Shown in pieces: positions 45,863 through 58,664 of a stretch of DNA of 64,000 bases; the first letter of the stretch is position 1, and every line of letters starts with the position of its first letter. The notes under the pieces are model-generated. The model had not been told where the DNA came from, made no database searches, and saw only the letters and a list, made by a program, of their open reading frames with translations. The stretch lies in the NCBI RefSeq assembly GCF_036365525.1, contig NC_090377.1, forward strand, positions 84,974,024 to 85,038,023. The letters are read 5' to 3'. The position numbers and the translations under genes are program-made. Source of the stretch: Heterodontus francisci (taxonomy: Eukaryota).

Positions 45863-48800
45863 TGTTATAACCAGGTGAGAAAGAGGTCTAGGGTTCCCTT
45901 TCAGCCTTCACTTGGTCTTAGTGTAACAGGGATTAATTTTAAACACACCTTGTTTTTAGCTCCCCTGGTGAATCCTTGTCCACTGCTTTTCAATTGTAAG
46001 GCAAAGAAACCAGCACAAACAGGCTTTCTTAGGTTTAAAGAAGAAAAGTTAAAATTTATTAAACTTGAACTTAAACTCTAATTTGGGTTGGTGCGTACAG
46101 ATACACGATGCTCCCACGCTAGCATGCATGTGTGATACACACTTGAAAATAGAGACGGAAAAGAGCAGAAGAAAAATAAAGTGGAAAGGTTTGAGGCAAT
46201 ATCTGAAGAGTTGTTGTTAACAGTTCTTTGAGCTCACTGTAGAGTCCTTGATTGTAGGTAGATCTTGCTTTTCATTGGGGCCCAGTATTCTTAAACCTTG
46301 TTCGCTGGAGGAGACTTTACTCTCTTGGGGTTCATGTGTCTTCAGTGGATTTAGAGGCTTGTGAGAAAGAGATGGGAGCAGACATGAGAGAGATCTTCTC
46401 ATTCCAGGAGCAAACAGGCTTTCTGCCCAAAATGTTTGTGCAAATTGAGAAAACTCAGGTTGCCAGCAGTTTATTCATGTGACTAGCTGATTAGACCATG
46501 TCTGTTTGTGTATTCGGCCATCTTAGCAGTCAACCTGGAATGCAAACTCCCTCACCTTCAACGTCTGGTGATCAAAAGACCATTGTGGATTGAATGTGTC
46601 AGGGAATGGCTGCTTTGTCCTTCCAAACACTGTCTGTTAATATGCAAATGTCTTTTCCAGCCATGGCTAATCTGTTTAACAAGTCCTTTCTTCACTCCAG
46701 TGACAGTCTAAAATCAATGTTCATGACAAAATTAATTGTGCCTCATTCTTGTCAGGTGGGGGCCTAGCGTGACACCTCCACACCCAGAGGAATGAAATGC
46801 GATTAGAGAAAAGCATATTTCATTAAAAGGATCGAGAGAAAATGTAAGATACCAAAAAAACAATGCATTTCTCTCATTCATTCCCATTCATTCATAAATC
46901 CTAAAACTTATTACAGCCTGTCTTCTCTTGGTGTCAGTGCTGCTTTAATTACCCCCTTTTTGGCATCCCAATAAACGTGTTTTTTTGGGGGAAGTTTCTC
47001 TTCCATTTACCCATTTCCATGGCTGCCTAGGGTCATTGTTCCTGCTGAGGTAATTATTTTTTTCAAAAAAAGAGTCAGCAGTGGGTGGGCCATCCTGAAC
47101 TCTCTTTCAGTGCTTTCTTGAGTCATGCTAAGGCTTTTGACTTCAGCGTGGTTGTTTTTTTCGGACTGTGGGGGAGGAATCTTTGCTAATTTCCCCTTTG
47201 CCCCAGTGGACACTCCTGCCTACAGATATTTGTGCAGACTGTACTGCACTCTTCTGTGGCACTTTGACGAGGTGAGGCATCGCCCTCACAGTTTGGCTCT
47301 GCAGGTTCCTGTGAATGCTGTTAGCAACTCTAGTGTCTGTAATTACATAGGAGGATGTGGGGTCTAACTTTTCACATTTTCCAGGGTTGGCTAACCGGAC
47401 TGTAGGAATTTTCATCGCGGATTCCTCCCGGACTTCCTTGAACCTGCCATCTTGGTCACTTTTTCCTCTTCTATGTCTAACCTTTTGCCAGCCTTGTGCC
47501 TGCCTGTCCCTTTTTGTTCTCGGCAGTGGTCCCTTGCAGTTCACCAGCCCTCTGCTGGAGGGTCTCCTAACATTGGTACAGGACTTAGGGGTGCCAGTTT
47601 CATTGTAGTTTGGGGTTTCCCCTCAACCTGGCACATGTGGTAACTCCTGCAGTACTCCACCACATCTTTGTGGAGTTTTGGCCAGTCGAATTGCTGTCTT
47701 CTACGGGCTTTGGTCTTTCATATACCAGCATGTACAGCCACTGTAGTCTCGTGGGCCATTCTTAATATTTCTCCCCGGTACCTCTGTGGCACCACTATTG
47801 CCCTTGCTCTCAGGTTTGTGAGCAGAACTTCATTTCCTCATCAGTACCTCACTCTTTAAATAGTAGCAATCAGGGACTCTCTCTGCTTCACTTTCAGACT
47901 GGGCAACCTGTGCTAACTCTCTCAATACTGGGTTGGCTCGCTGAGCCTCAGCTAGGGAAAATCCATTTAATTCATTTCCTGGGTCTCCTAACTTTCCGAA
48001 TAAAGTCTCAAACAGGCAGACCTCATGGTCACCTGCCTGCAGTGCCAATGCAGTCTCCTCTGGGGCAGCTGGTTTGATCATGGTCTGATCCACTACACAT
48101 TCAGGGAAACTGCAGGGGATCCATCTCCCGCCACTGCCCTGTCTCTCTGACCTCCTGTGGTCTTTCTTTCACTACTGGGGGCGGGGGGTGCGGGGGCTAC
48201 CACCTTCAACTCTGCCAGTTCATTACCTAGGAGCAGGTCAACCCCGTCCACAGGCAAACTAGGGACAATCCCTATGGTCACTGCTCCCGAAATTAGGTCA
48301 TACTCCAGGTGCACCCGGTGTACAGGTACAGACATACACTGCCCTCTAATACCATTCACCACCATTTTGGTGTTCACTGCACTCTCTGGGGGAAAGGTCA
48401 GGCCTTTTCCCAGTAAAAGGGATCTAGTGGCCCCTGTGTCCCTGAGAATCACTATGGGCTTGCTTGCCCCACTTGAGGGGGATGGGGCTACTTTCCCTTC
48501 AGACACAAAACCTTGATAACCCTCAGGAACCCTATTAAATTTTCCTGCACTTGCAGTGGTAGACTTCCTGGGTCTGACTCTTACTGCAGTTAAAGCCACA
48601 GCTTGTTCTGCTGTGCTTACCATCATGGTCCTTTCTCCTTCAGTGAGCGGGTGTGCCCTGATTAACCCTCCAGGCTTTCCCTTTTAGCTTCCAGCAGTCA
48701 GCTCTTAAATGCCCTGCTTTATTACAATGGAAGTACACAGGTCTCCGGGTCTCACTCTTGCTCACAGCATCTTCCTTTTTGGCTGGAGGAGGGCCCCCGT

Positions 48801-50067
48801 GTCTCCTGATTTCCTTTCTCTCCCAGGACTGCTTGGGCTCCTATCATCTTCCCACCCTTTGTCCCTTTTGGATTTGTGGGGGTGACTAGGAAAGGTTCTC
48901 CTCTGGGAAACTGACTTATAAATTAAAGAAAATTCATCGGCGAGAACGGCTGCTTGCCGGGCTCTCTGGACCCGTTGCTCCTCTACATGGGTCTTTATGG
49001 AGAGTGGGAGAGAGTGTTTAAGTTCCTCTAACAGAATTAGTTCTCTGAGATTATCATAGCTGAGCTGTACTTTAAGAGCCCTCAGCCACTGTTCAAAAAC
49101 CAGCTGCTTACTTCTTTCAAACTCCAGATACGTTTGATTATCTTGCTTCTTGAAGATTCTAAACTTTTCGGGTACTAATTCATATGCCCTGAGGATAGCA
49201 CTTTTGGTCAGTTGGGGCCCAGTATTCTTCTTAAACCTTGTTCGCTATAGGAGACTTTTCTCTCTTGGTGTTCATGTGTCTTTGGTGGATTCAGAGGCTT
49301 GTGAGAAAAAGATAGGAGCAGACAGGAGAGAGATTTTTTTAGATTAGAGATACAGCACTGAAACAGGCCCTTCGGCCCACCGAGTCTGTGCCGAACATCA
49401 ACCACCCATTTATACTAATCCTACACTAATCCCATATTCCTACCAAACATCCCCACCTGTCTCTATATTTCCCTACCACCTACCTATACTAGTGACAATT
49501 TATAATGGCCAATTTACCTATCAACCTGCAAGTCTTTTGGCTTGTGGGAGGAAACCGGAGCACCCGGAGAAAACCCACGCAGACACAGGGAGAACTTGCA
49601 AACTCCACACAGGCAGTACCCGGAATCGAACCCGGGTCCCTGGAGCTGTGAGGCTGCGGTGCTAACCACTGCGCCATTGTGCCGCCCTCTTCTCAGTCCA
49701 GGAGCAAACAGACTTTTCCCCCAAGCTGTTTGTACAAATTCAAAAAACTCAGGTTGCCAGCAGTTTAGTCATGTGACTAGCTGATTTGACCATGTCTGTT
49801 TGTGTATTCGGCCAACTTAGCAGTCAACTTGGAATGCGAGCTCCCCCACCTTCAACGTCTGGTGATCAAAAGTCCATTGTGGGTTGAATGTGTCAGGGAA
49901 TGGCTGCTTTGTCCTTCCAAGCACTGTCTGTTAATATGCAAATATCGTTTCCAGACATGGCGGATCTGTTTAACAAGTCCTTTCTTCACTCCAGTAACAG
50001 TTTAAAATCAATGTTCATGACAAAATTAATGTGCTTCGTTCTTGCCAGGTGGGGGCCTCGCATGATA
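45863..50067 (-). mobile_element. Gmr1-like gypsy element, non-autonomous deletion derivative
   Basis: ACTC TSD (45859-45862 / 50068-50071); full LTR 45863-46774, partial LTR ~49210-50067; protease ILRDTGATRSLL..DLLLGNEL, integrase Zn-binding region, no RT visible. Confidence 0.88.
49334..49687 (-). mobile_element. HE1-like V-SINE inserted in an LTR
   Basis: Minus strand GGGCGGCACAATGGCGCAGTGGTTAGCAC..GGGTTCGATTCC; absent from the partner LTR. Confidence 0.9.
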
Positions 50068-50356
50068 ACTCACAAGCCTGTGTTTTCTCATACATTAAAA
50101 TGAATGGGAGGAAAGTTATGGGCTGGGGAGCACACATGTGGGAAAGTCCAGCCAATGATTGTGTGAGTTTAAGGGAGTGGAGAAAATTGGCAAAAGAAAG
50201 AAATGTGTAAACCTATTTCTCCATTGACCAATGTTTGCTTGAAAAACAGCACACTACATCAAATTATTTGTATCATTCCAGCAGCATAAGAGCAAAACAT
50301 GACATATTGCTCTTCCTTTCCTATTATGCTGGGTGGTTACAGCTGTACCAATTTAC

Positions 50357-50427
50357 CTTTCAGGGTTGCTGCACGTATCCTGCCGGAATAGACTTTGTTT
50401 CAGTAAATCTCCAGGTTGTATATGATT
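50357..50427 (-). CDS. Host-gene exon (phase 0 to 2): NHIQPGDLLKQSLFRQDTCSNPE
   Basis: Acceptor catttctAG, donor AAG|GTAAAT, 71 nt; the only open frame matches the upstream exon phase. Confidence 0.55.
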
Positions 50428-51370
50428 CTAGAAATGTCGTCATACATGTAGGTGGCTATTATTTTGGCTTTAGTCACAGCTCTTTTGATCTTACAAATTC
50501 TGAACTCAACAAAGATTTGTATCAATCCAATAACAAATACACAATTAAACTAAGAGTTATAATTGCATGCACCTTTCCATCCAGAGTGAACATTTGATAT
50601 CCTGACAATGCATTTACAGAATTTAGACTTAGATTAGAGTAGGTTGGTGCAATCCTAAAAAGCTTTGTAAAAACTTATGGCCTGCTGCATCCGTCTCAAC
50701 ATTTTAATACTTCAGGTTTTATTGCTAGAAATCCTAGAGAACAACACAAGCTGAAGCCTTTTGAACATATGTAAAGCTGAGGATGAATATGATCATTATT
50801 TTGGGGTAGATATGGATATATACATCTTACATACAAAGCTGGAAATCAAATCAGTGATACTAATACACATATGTATAATACGTCTGGATGAAATTTCTTT
50901 TCTGCTAATTTAATGGAAATCTACACCAATTTAAATAAACAAGTTAACACCACAGTTAAAATTACAGACAGAGGGATGTAATACGATTTCTTTAAGCATT
51001 TGTCTCTAATATTACCAACAGCAATTTTCAGTTTCCATCACCATCTTTTGGGCTTTAGCCATTTTCTATTCATCTCAGTCTCATATATATTTATGTAACT
51101 AATACAGTAGAATATAACGGGATGCTCAGTAAGTATCTGAAGAGGCAACTTTCTGAATGTAAAACTGTTAGCTGCGGTGATTATGCAGAGTATGGCCTTT
51201 GTGCCATTGTTTGTTTGCATTATGGTGGGGCTGTAAAATGTATTTTTTCATTGATGCTGTCAAGTTCTGCTGAAGGCAGAGTGAAGCCACTTTGCTGGCC
51301 AGTTTACTTGTTGATTTTCCTTCCAAAAATGTTTTCTCTCATAAAAAGGACAATGAGTCACAAATATCAC

Positions 51371-51450
51371 CTGCAATGTGCTGCAATGGCAACTTTTGAT
51401 GGGTGCAAGTTGTGTAGGTTCTAAAGTAATGACAGCTATTTCAGCTTTTC
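51371..51450 (-). CDS. Host-gene exon (phase 1 to 0): KAEIAVITLEPTQLAPIKSCHCSTLQ
   Basis: Acceptor aattttctgcAG, donor CAG|GTGATA, 80 nt; single open frame. Confidence 0.55.
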
Positions 51451-51990
51451 CTGCAGAAAATTATGTAGGGCACAGAGAGGGAGATTTATTTTCATCCTTG
51501 AAGTGAAAGAAGACAGTACTGCAACAATATAATTTACCACCAAATGAAAAGCAGCTAAATAGACTGTGCACATTTATTGCAGCATCCCTATCATTTCCGT
51601 TCATTACATATGCATTTCCTTTCTTATTAAGATTAACATTGACCTGTGATAGGTTGATCTACTAGATCACAACATAGAAAATATAACAACTAATGAACAG
51701 CATACATTAAACCAATTCTACTCATAAAAAACATGCCACATTCATGCTGATGCTGATGACAATTAAGGTAATTCTTCTGGAACAGAAAATGGAGGAGGGA
51801 GGAGCTGGTAGAGCACTGAGCAGAGGAGGTGCATGCCTTGCTGTAGCTACTACCCAGACAGGGTGTTTCAGCTATATGAACATGGTGGATGGGGAAGGTT
51901 AGGTTCACCAGGGAAGTTCTGTGTCAGATATGATAATAATTAAGAAAACATGCCAGCTTTCTGCAAAGCAATACTTACGGCACTGAAGAT

Positions 51991-54900
51991 TGTTATATGA
52001 TCGCTTTAAGAATGATGTCCCTTTAAAAACTCAGTATACTAATGAGCTAAGTATCAGGATGTAATCATGTGACTAGAAGCCATGTTCATTCTGCACTGCA
52101 ACACAAAGGTTCTGTATATAGTTTTTTCTGTATTGTATATACTAGTTTAGCTGTTAATAAACCCTCTAGAGATCTTCAAGGAACTGGAATCCATGTACCT
52201 CATTGTGTTGCTTAAGATAGCACAAAGAATCTCATGACATGGTGACAGCAGTGATAAAAAGACAAGATATAAGCTTGAAGACCACAGGTAAAACAGCTGT
52301 AAAAATGACTCTTTCTACAGCCAAAAGAAAGAAAGTTCAAAAGAAATACTATCCCAAACAGTGGAAAGAAGAAAAAGTCTACCTCCAGCTGTGGGAGACA
52401 GAGCATTGAACGATAGGCTGCAAATAAATTCCTGTGATCAGGTGAGTCATTGTGCTGATGGTCGAGGAATCCTGGTTTAAAAAAAAGCTTTGTAGTGTTT
52501 AAAAAAAGATTTTGTAAAGGCTCCATGGGAGAGAGAAAAAAATGGGGAAAACCCAATTCCTTGCTCAGGCTGATTAAGGTTGGTGCCATTCCAGGAGGCG
52601 TCTGTAAAAAAAAAGTGGGGGAAACCTGAATACAGCAGACTCAAAGCTGAAAAAAATCATTAAACCAGTCAAGCGTGAAGAAGATAAATAAACTGTAGCA
52701 AAAAAAACAAAGGAGAAAACCCTTGAATTGCCTATGAACAAACGTGTAAACATACAAGCAAAGTGCTGTAACAGAAAAAAATCTGAGAACACTGTCAAGC
52801 ATCTGTTACACTGCATCAAAGCAACTAGTTTACAAAATAAGATTTTTTTTTAAAGGGGGAACAGCACAGTTTTAGAACAAGTTTTAGCCACAAATAGAAA
52901 AATCATAATAAGTACAGTGCTGAAGGCACACACAGAGCTAAACAACGTTAAATATAGAGCAGGAAGCAAAAAGAACAGCAGAAGGATGGATATCAAATTT
53001 CCCAGCATGAACTGGAAGGCCATTGATATCCTATACAAGTTCAAATTTTTAAAATAAAGAATGCACTTATGCTTCATAGACCCAGCGGTTGCAGAACCAG
53101 AGAAGCAGGCTGTGAAAATATTGATAGCAGTTGGAAATGAGGGGTTATACAGAATCAATACCTCCGGATTATCTAAAGAGGACAAGAAAGATCCCACAAA
53201 GATATGGAAAGCGCTCGAAGATCAGCTTCAGGTAAGAGAGAATTTTAGAATTAATCACCTGGAATTGATGTCCTACAGTCAACAGCCACAGGAGTCAATA
53301 GATTAATTTATCAGTAAGGGCAACGAATGTGATTTTTCAGAAACTGATCTGTCGGAGCGAATAATAGGGGTGATGATTTTCTGAACACCTACTGAAATTT
53401 TTCAAAAAGACCTCTTGGGGAAAAAGCAAGGTCACAGCATTGATGCGTTGCTAGAAGATGGCAGGAAATATGAAGCCATTGTAGCTGGACAACAGCATCT
53501 GCAAGCACTAGGTGCAGCTGACTGTATTGGCATGGTAACCAGGTCACAAAAAGCAAGCAAGCTGTGGGGTAAGTGCGGTTTGTCCCACTTACCACGAGGT
53601 TGTCCTGCATTTCAAGATCTGTGCAAGGCGTGCAGTGCAAGAGGACACTGGGTCAGCCAATGCAAAAAATCTGGCTCCAAGGACGCAACCAGAAGACACA
53701 ATAAGACACAAACAAACAGAAGACAGGTGCAGCAACATGATAACAGCAGCAAGGAGCGTGCCAGATACCTGCATGAGATTTCAACACTAAAGGAATTGAA
53801 TCCCAAGTTCAGATGAGCTAAATTCTTCTCCAAGTTGGATGCTAAACATGGATATTGGTCAGCAAACCTAGCTAAGGAATCTCAGGAATTCATCACTTTC
53901 AGAACACCATTTGGAAGATATTGCTTTGAGAGACAACCCTTCGGCTTGTCTGTCAGTTAAGGTCTGTTTCAGCAGCATATGGACAGAATTACAGAAAACG
54001 TGCCTGGATGTCTATGCATTGCCGATGATATTGCGGTAATGGGCAAAACTAAAGATGAGCATGATCGAAATCTTCACTCACTGATGGTAGTAGCTCATCA
54101 TGAAAGCCTCGTTTTTAACAGAAAGAAGTGCCAGGTGAATGGAAGTCAGATCAACTTCTTTGGCTCCACCTATTCAGGTTTCAGAATCCGTCCTGACCCA
54201 GGTAAAGTCGCAGATGTAAGGCATGTGCCTACTCCACAAGACCAAGAAGATCAACAGAGATGCCTTGGATTTTTCAGCTTCTTGGTACCATACATTCCAA
54301 ATTTTTCTGATAAAGCATCATTACTGAGGGAGCTCTTAAAGAAAGACGTAGCATATGTATGGCAGGAGGACCATCAGCATATATTTGAGTCTCTCAAACA
54401 AGCATTGTCAGCAGAAACCTGTATCCTGCAGTACTGTGATCCAAGGAAGAAGAAAATCCTGGAAGTCAACACCTCATAGAAAGGGCTAGGAGCGTACATC
54501 TGCAGGATGGCAAACCAATTGCTTTCGGTCCAAATGTTTATCCTCAGTACAATCCAATTACTCAAACATAGAGCGTGAAACACTTGCTCTGGTGTTTGGG
54601 ATCATAAGGTTCCACACCTATCTGTTCAGTAAGTAGTTCATGGTGGAAACTGACCACAAACCATTGGAGACGATCTGGCGCAAACCATTGACAAGCACAC
54701 CACCTCGACTACAGCAGCTTTTAGTGAAAGTACAGGGGTACGACTTCGACGTATGCTACAAACCGGGTACCAAAATGGCCACCATGGATATGCTGAGCAG
54801 ATTCCAAATCTGAATAAGGATGAAGATGTCCCACTGGATCTACAAATAGACAGCATGGATATCGAGGTGGAAGATGTGTTCAAAATTGATTTACTGCATT

Positions 54901-57749
54901 TTGGTCAGCACAAATGTGACCAACTACAATCAGAAACAGCCAATGACCCACAACAGAACGCACTGTGGAAAGTCATCATAGAAGTTTGGCCTGATACGAT
55001 AAAAGAGGTGCCAGAAATCCAGAGGTGCTTTTGTCCTTAGGGATGAACTTGATGGCTCGAGAGATGATGAAGGAAGAGCAGTGGATGTGGTGTATATGGA
55101 TTTTAGTAAGGCGTTTGATAAGGTTCCCCATGGTAGGCTCATTCAGAAAGTAAGGAGGCATGGGATACAGGGAAAGTTGGCTGTCTGGATACAGAATTGG
55201 CTGGCCCATAGAAGACAGAGGGTGGTAGTAGATGGAAAGTATTCAGCCTGGAGCTCGGTGACCAGTGGTGTTCCGCAGGGATCTGTTCTGGGACCTCTGC
55301 TCTTTGTGATTTTTATAAATGACTTGGATGAGGAAGTGGAAGGCTGGGTTAGCAAGTTTGCCAATGACAGGAAGGTTGCTGGAGTTGTGGATAGTGTGGA
55401 AGGCTGTTGTAGGTTGCAACGGGAGATTGACAGGATGCAGAGCTGGGCTGAGAAGTGGCAGATGGAGTTCAACCTGGAAAAGTGTGAAGTGATTCATTTT
55501 GGAAGGTCGAATTTGAATGCAGAATACAGGCTTAAAGACAGGATTCTTGGTAGTGTGGAGGAACAGAGGGATCTTGGGGTCCATGTCCATAGATCGCTCA
55601 AAGTTGCCACCCAAGTTGATAGGGTTGTTAAGAAAGCGTATGGTGTGTTGGCTTTCATTAACAGGGGGATTGAGTTTAAGAGTCGCGAGGTTATGCTGCA
55701 GCTCTATAAAGCCCTGGTTAGACCACACTTGGAATATTGTGTTCAGTTCTGGTCGCCTCATTATAGGAAGGATGTGGAAGCTTTAGAGAGGGTGCAAAGG
55801 AGATTTACCAGGATGCTGCCTGGACTGGAGGGCATGTCTTACAAAGAAAGGTTGAGGGCGCTTTTCTCATTGGAGCGAAGAAGGATGAGAGGTGACTTGA
55901 TAGAGGGGTACAAGATGATGAGAGGCATAGATAGAGTGGATAGCCAGAGACTTTTTCCCAGGGTGGAAAGGGCTATCACCAGGGGGCATAATTTTAAGGT
56001 GATTGGAGGAAGGTTTCGGGGAGATGTCAGAGGTAGGTTCTTTACACAGAGAGTGGTGGGTGCGTGGAATGCACTGCTAGTGGTGGTAGTAGAAGCAGAT
56101 ACATTAGGGACATTTAAGCGACTCTTGGATAGGTACATGGATGATAGTAGTATGAAGGGTATGTAGGTAGTTTGATCCGAGAGTAGGTTAAAGGTTCGGC
56201 ACAACATTGTGGGCCGAAGGGCCTGTACTGCGCTGTACTGTTCTATGTTCTATGTTCTATGTAACCTTCAAAGGAAAATAAGTGATTGTGCTCAAAGATC
56301 TCCACCAGGACATCTTGTCACAACTTCACCAAGGCCAAATGGCTATAGACCGAACGAGACGACTGGTGCGAGACACTGTTTATTGGCCAGGGGTCAACCG
56401 TGACATTGAAAAGTTAGTGAAGACATGCGAGGCCAGAGCCACCAGCCACAACAACATAAAGAACAGCTGCACCCTCATGAGATTCCATCAGTCCCTTGGT
56501 CCAAAATCGCCACTGATCTATTTACCGTGAATGGAGACAACTTTATCTTAATCAACGATTATTTCCCCAAATTTCGAATTGTCAGAAAGGTAAAAGACAC
56601 TTCAAGCGCGGTTGTCACAGACACATTGAGTGCCATATTCAGTCTATTCTGTGCACCTGAAGAAATTATTTCTGACAATGGACCACAGTATACGGGCAAA
56701 TCTTTCAGGGATATGTGTGCCAAATGGGGTGTAAGCCATGTGATGTCCTCACCACATTACCCTAGTTCTAACGGTCTTGCCGAGTGAATGGTTCGCATAG
56801 TTAAATTATTTATCCTGTAGTGTAGGACAACAAAACAAGATTTTCATGTTGCCATGTTACACCTCAGAGCTACACCTATGGATATGGGCTTATCATCACC
56901 AGCAGAGATCATGTTTGGCAGACAAGTGAGAACGATTCTGCCAAGCCATCATCTGTCCAAATTCTCCGAGATGCAGGAGACACTGCATGAAAAACAAGGG
57001 AGAATGAAGATGGTTCATGACCAACATGCAGGGGTGGAGCTACCTCAACTACATGTAGGACAAAAGGTCAGGGTCATACACCCCACAATGAGAACATGGT
57101 TACTAGAGGTACCCAATGTATGTAGTGAGCCTAGGTCTTACGAGGTTACAACATCTAATGGAACAGTGTTGAGGAGGAACCAAAGCCAATTAAGAGAAGT
57201 GTCCAATACTCCAGTTGTGCACAATGGACTCAAAAGAGCACACTCCGATCCTGAGGGTGTGATGGAACAACAGGCCAATAACCAACATATTGACAACATG
57301 TACGCAAGCCAAAAACATCCAAGGGTGAAATCCACATCCCCAGAAGGTTATGTCATAACAAGATCTGGAAGAGTTGTCAAACCACTGAAACGATATATTG
57401 GACTCTTAAGCTTCTGCACTCATAAATTTCACAATTCCTATCCTTATACTTGTAAATTTTATAATCTCTATCCCTGTATAACTAATTTTGATATTATCCA
57501 ATTTTATGTGTTTATACTTGTAGCATATGAGACTTATCTTTGGAATGAGCTAAGTACCAGGATGTAGTTATGTGACTAGAAGCCATGTTCACTCTGCTCT
57601 GTAATACTCTGGACAAAGGTTCTGTATATAGTTTGTTCTGTATTGTATATACCAGTTTAGCTGTTAATAAACCCTCTAGAGATCTTCAAGGAACTGGAAT
57701 CCATGTATCTCATTGCATTGCTTAAGATAAAACAAATAATCTCATGATA
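51991..57749 (+). mobile_element. Degenerate Ty3/gypsy LTR retrotransposon with tRNA-Leu-like PBS
   Basis: 5' LTR 51991-52239, partial 3' LTR ~57544-57749, AAGAT TSD on both sides; PBS TGGTGACAGCAGTG at 52240; gag knuckle CKACSARGHWVSQC, RT (KLDAKHGYW, IADDI), integrase (YWPG, ISDNGPQY, SNGLAE); protease region deleted. Confidence 0.9.
55065..56262 (+). mobile_element. CR1 LINE 3' fragment (361-aa RT ORF) inserted in gypsy pol
   Basis: DFSKAFDKVPH, GVPQGSVLGP, FANDRK (FADD mutated), (TTCTATG)n tail. Confidence 0.92.
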
Positions 57750-58282
57750 AAGATCATCAGTGCCTTCAACCTTTATGCCATAGGGACATTTCAGGCATCC
57801 ACAAGGATACTCATGAACTGGTAAGAATTTTCATTGTCTGCTTCATTGGGAAGTTCCTGAAGCTCTGTGTTGCCAGGCACCCTGCCATGTACATCTCACA
57901 CAGTGGGATTCATGCACTCTAGAGTTTCAATGCCCAGTTCCATAGGCCAACTCTGCAACTGGATACAATTATTTTCTTTTGCATATATCTACTATCTCAG
58001 AACTGCCTGTGATAAAAATAAGAACCTAACAATTCTGTATTGACCAGGTTGCTGTCGTTTTTAGGTCACATTCTGAAATTCTGACACGGGTGCATGGGAC
58101 ATTGTAGTTGGAGCCAAGACTGGAGGGATGACACGCTTTGATGGAATTCCTGCCGGTTCCACCCAGCGTATGGAAAAGTGTGCCTATTTGATGCTGGTGT
58201 ATTTGTTGGACAAGTGCCATAAATGGCGCCTTCATTTTATTCTCAACCATGGAGTAAATTTGCCAATTTGGCCAGACCAGCT

Positions 58283-58664
58283 GGGGAGATGGTGGTGTAG
58301 TGGTAACATCATTGAACTGGTAATCTAGCAGCCTAATGCCTTGCAGACCCAGGTTCAAATCCCACCACGGCGGATGGTGGAATTTAAATTCAACTGATTA
58401 AAAATTTGGAATTGCAAGCTAGTCTCAGTAATAGTGCCATAAAACTATCATTGATTGTTGTAAAAACCAATCTGCTTCACTTTAGGGAAGGAAATCTGCC
58501 ATGCTTCCCTGGTCTGGCCTACATGTGACTCCAGACCCACAGCAATGTGGTTGACTCTTAACTGCCCTCTGAAATGGCCTAGAAAGCCACTCAGTTCAAG
58601 GGCAATTAGGGCAACAAATGTTGGTTTGCCAGTGACCCCCACATCCCATGAAAGAATAAAAAAA
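58283..58664 (+). mobile_element. tRNA-derived SINE with CR1-group LINE tail
   Basis: GGGGAGATGGTGGTGTAGTGG..GGTTCAAATCCCACC; ends AAGGGCAATTAGGG..CCCACATCCCATGAAAGAATAAAAAA. Confidence 0.82.

Noticed and set aside
50235-50597. 120-aa plus-strand ORF
   Set aside because: Starts at TTG, has no recognisable motif, and overlaps a better-supported minus-strand exon.
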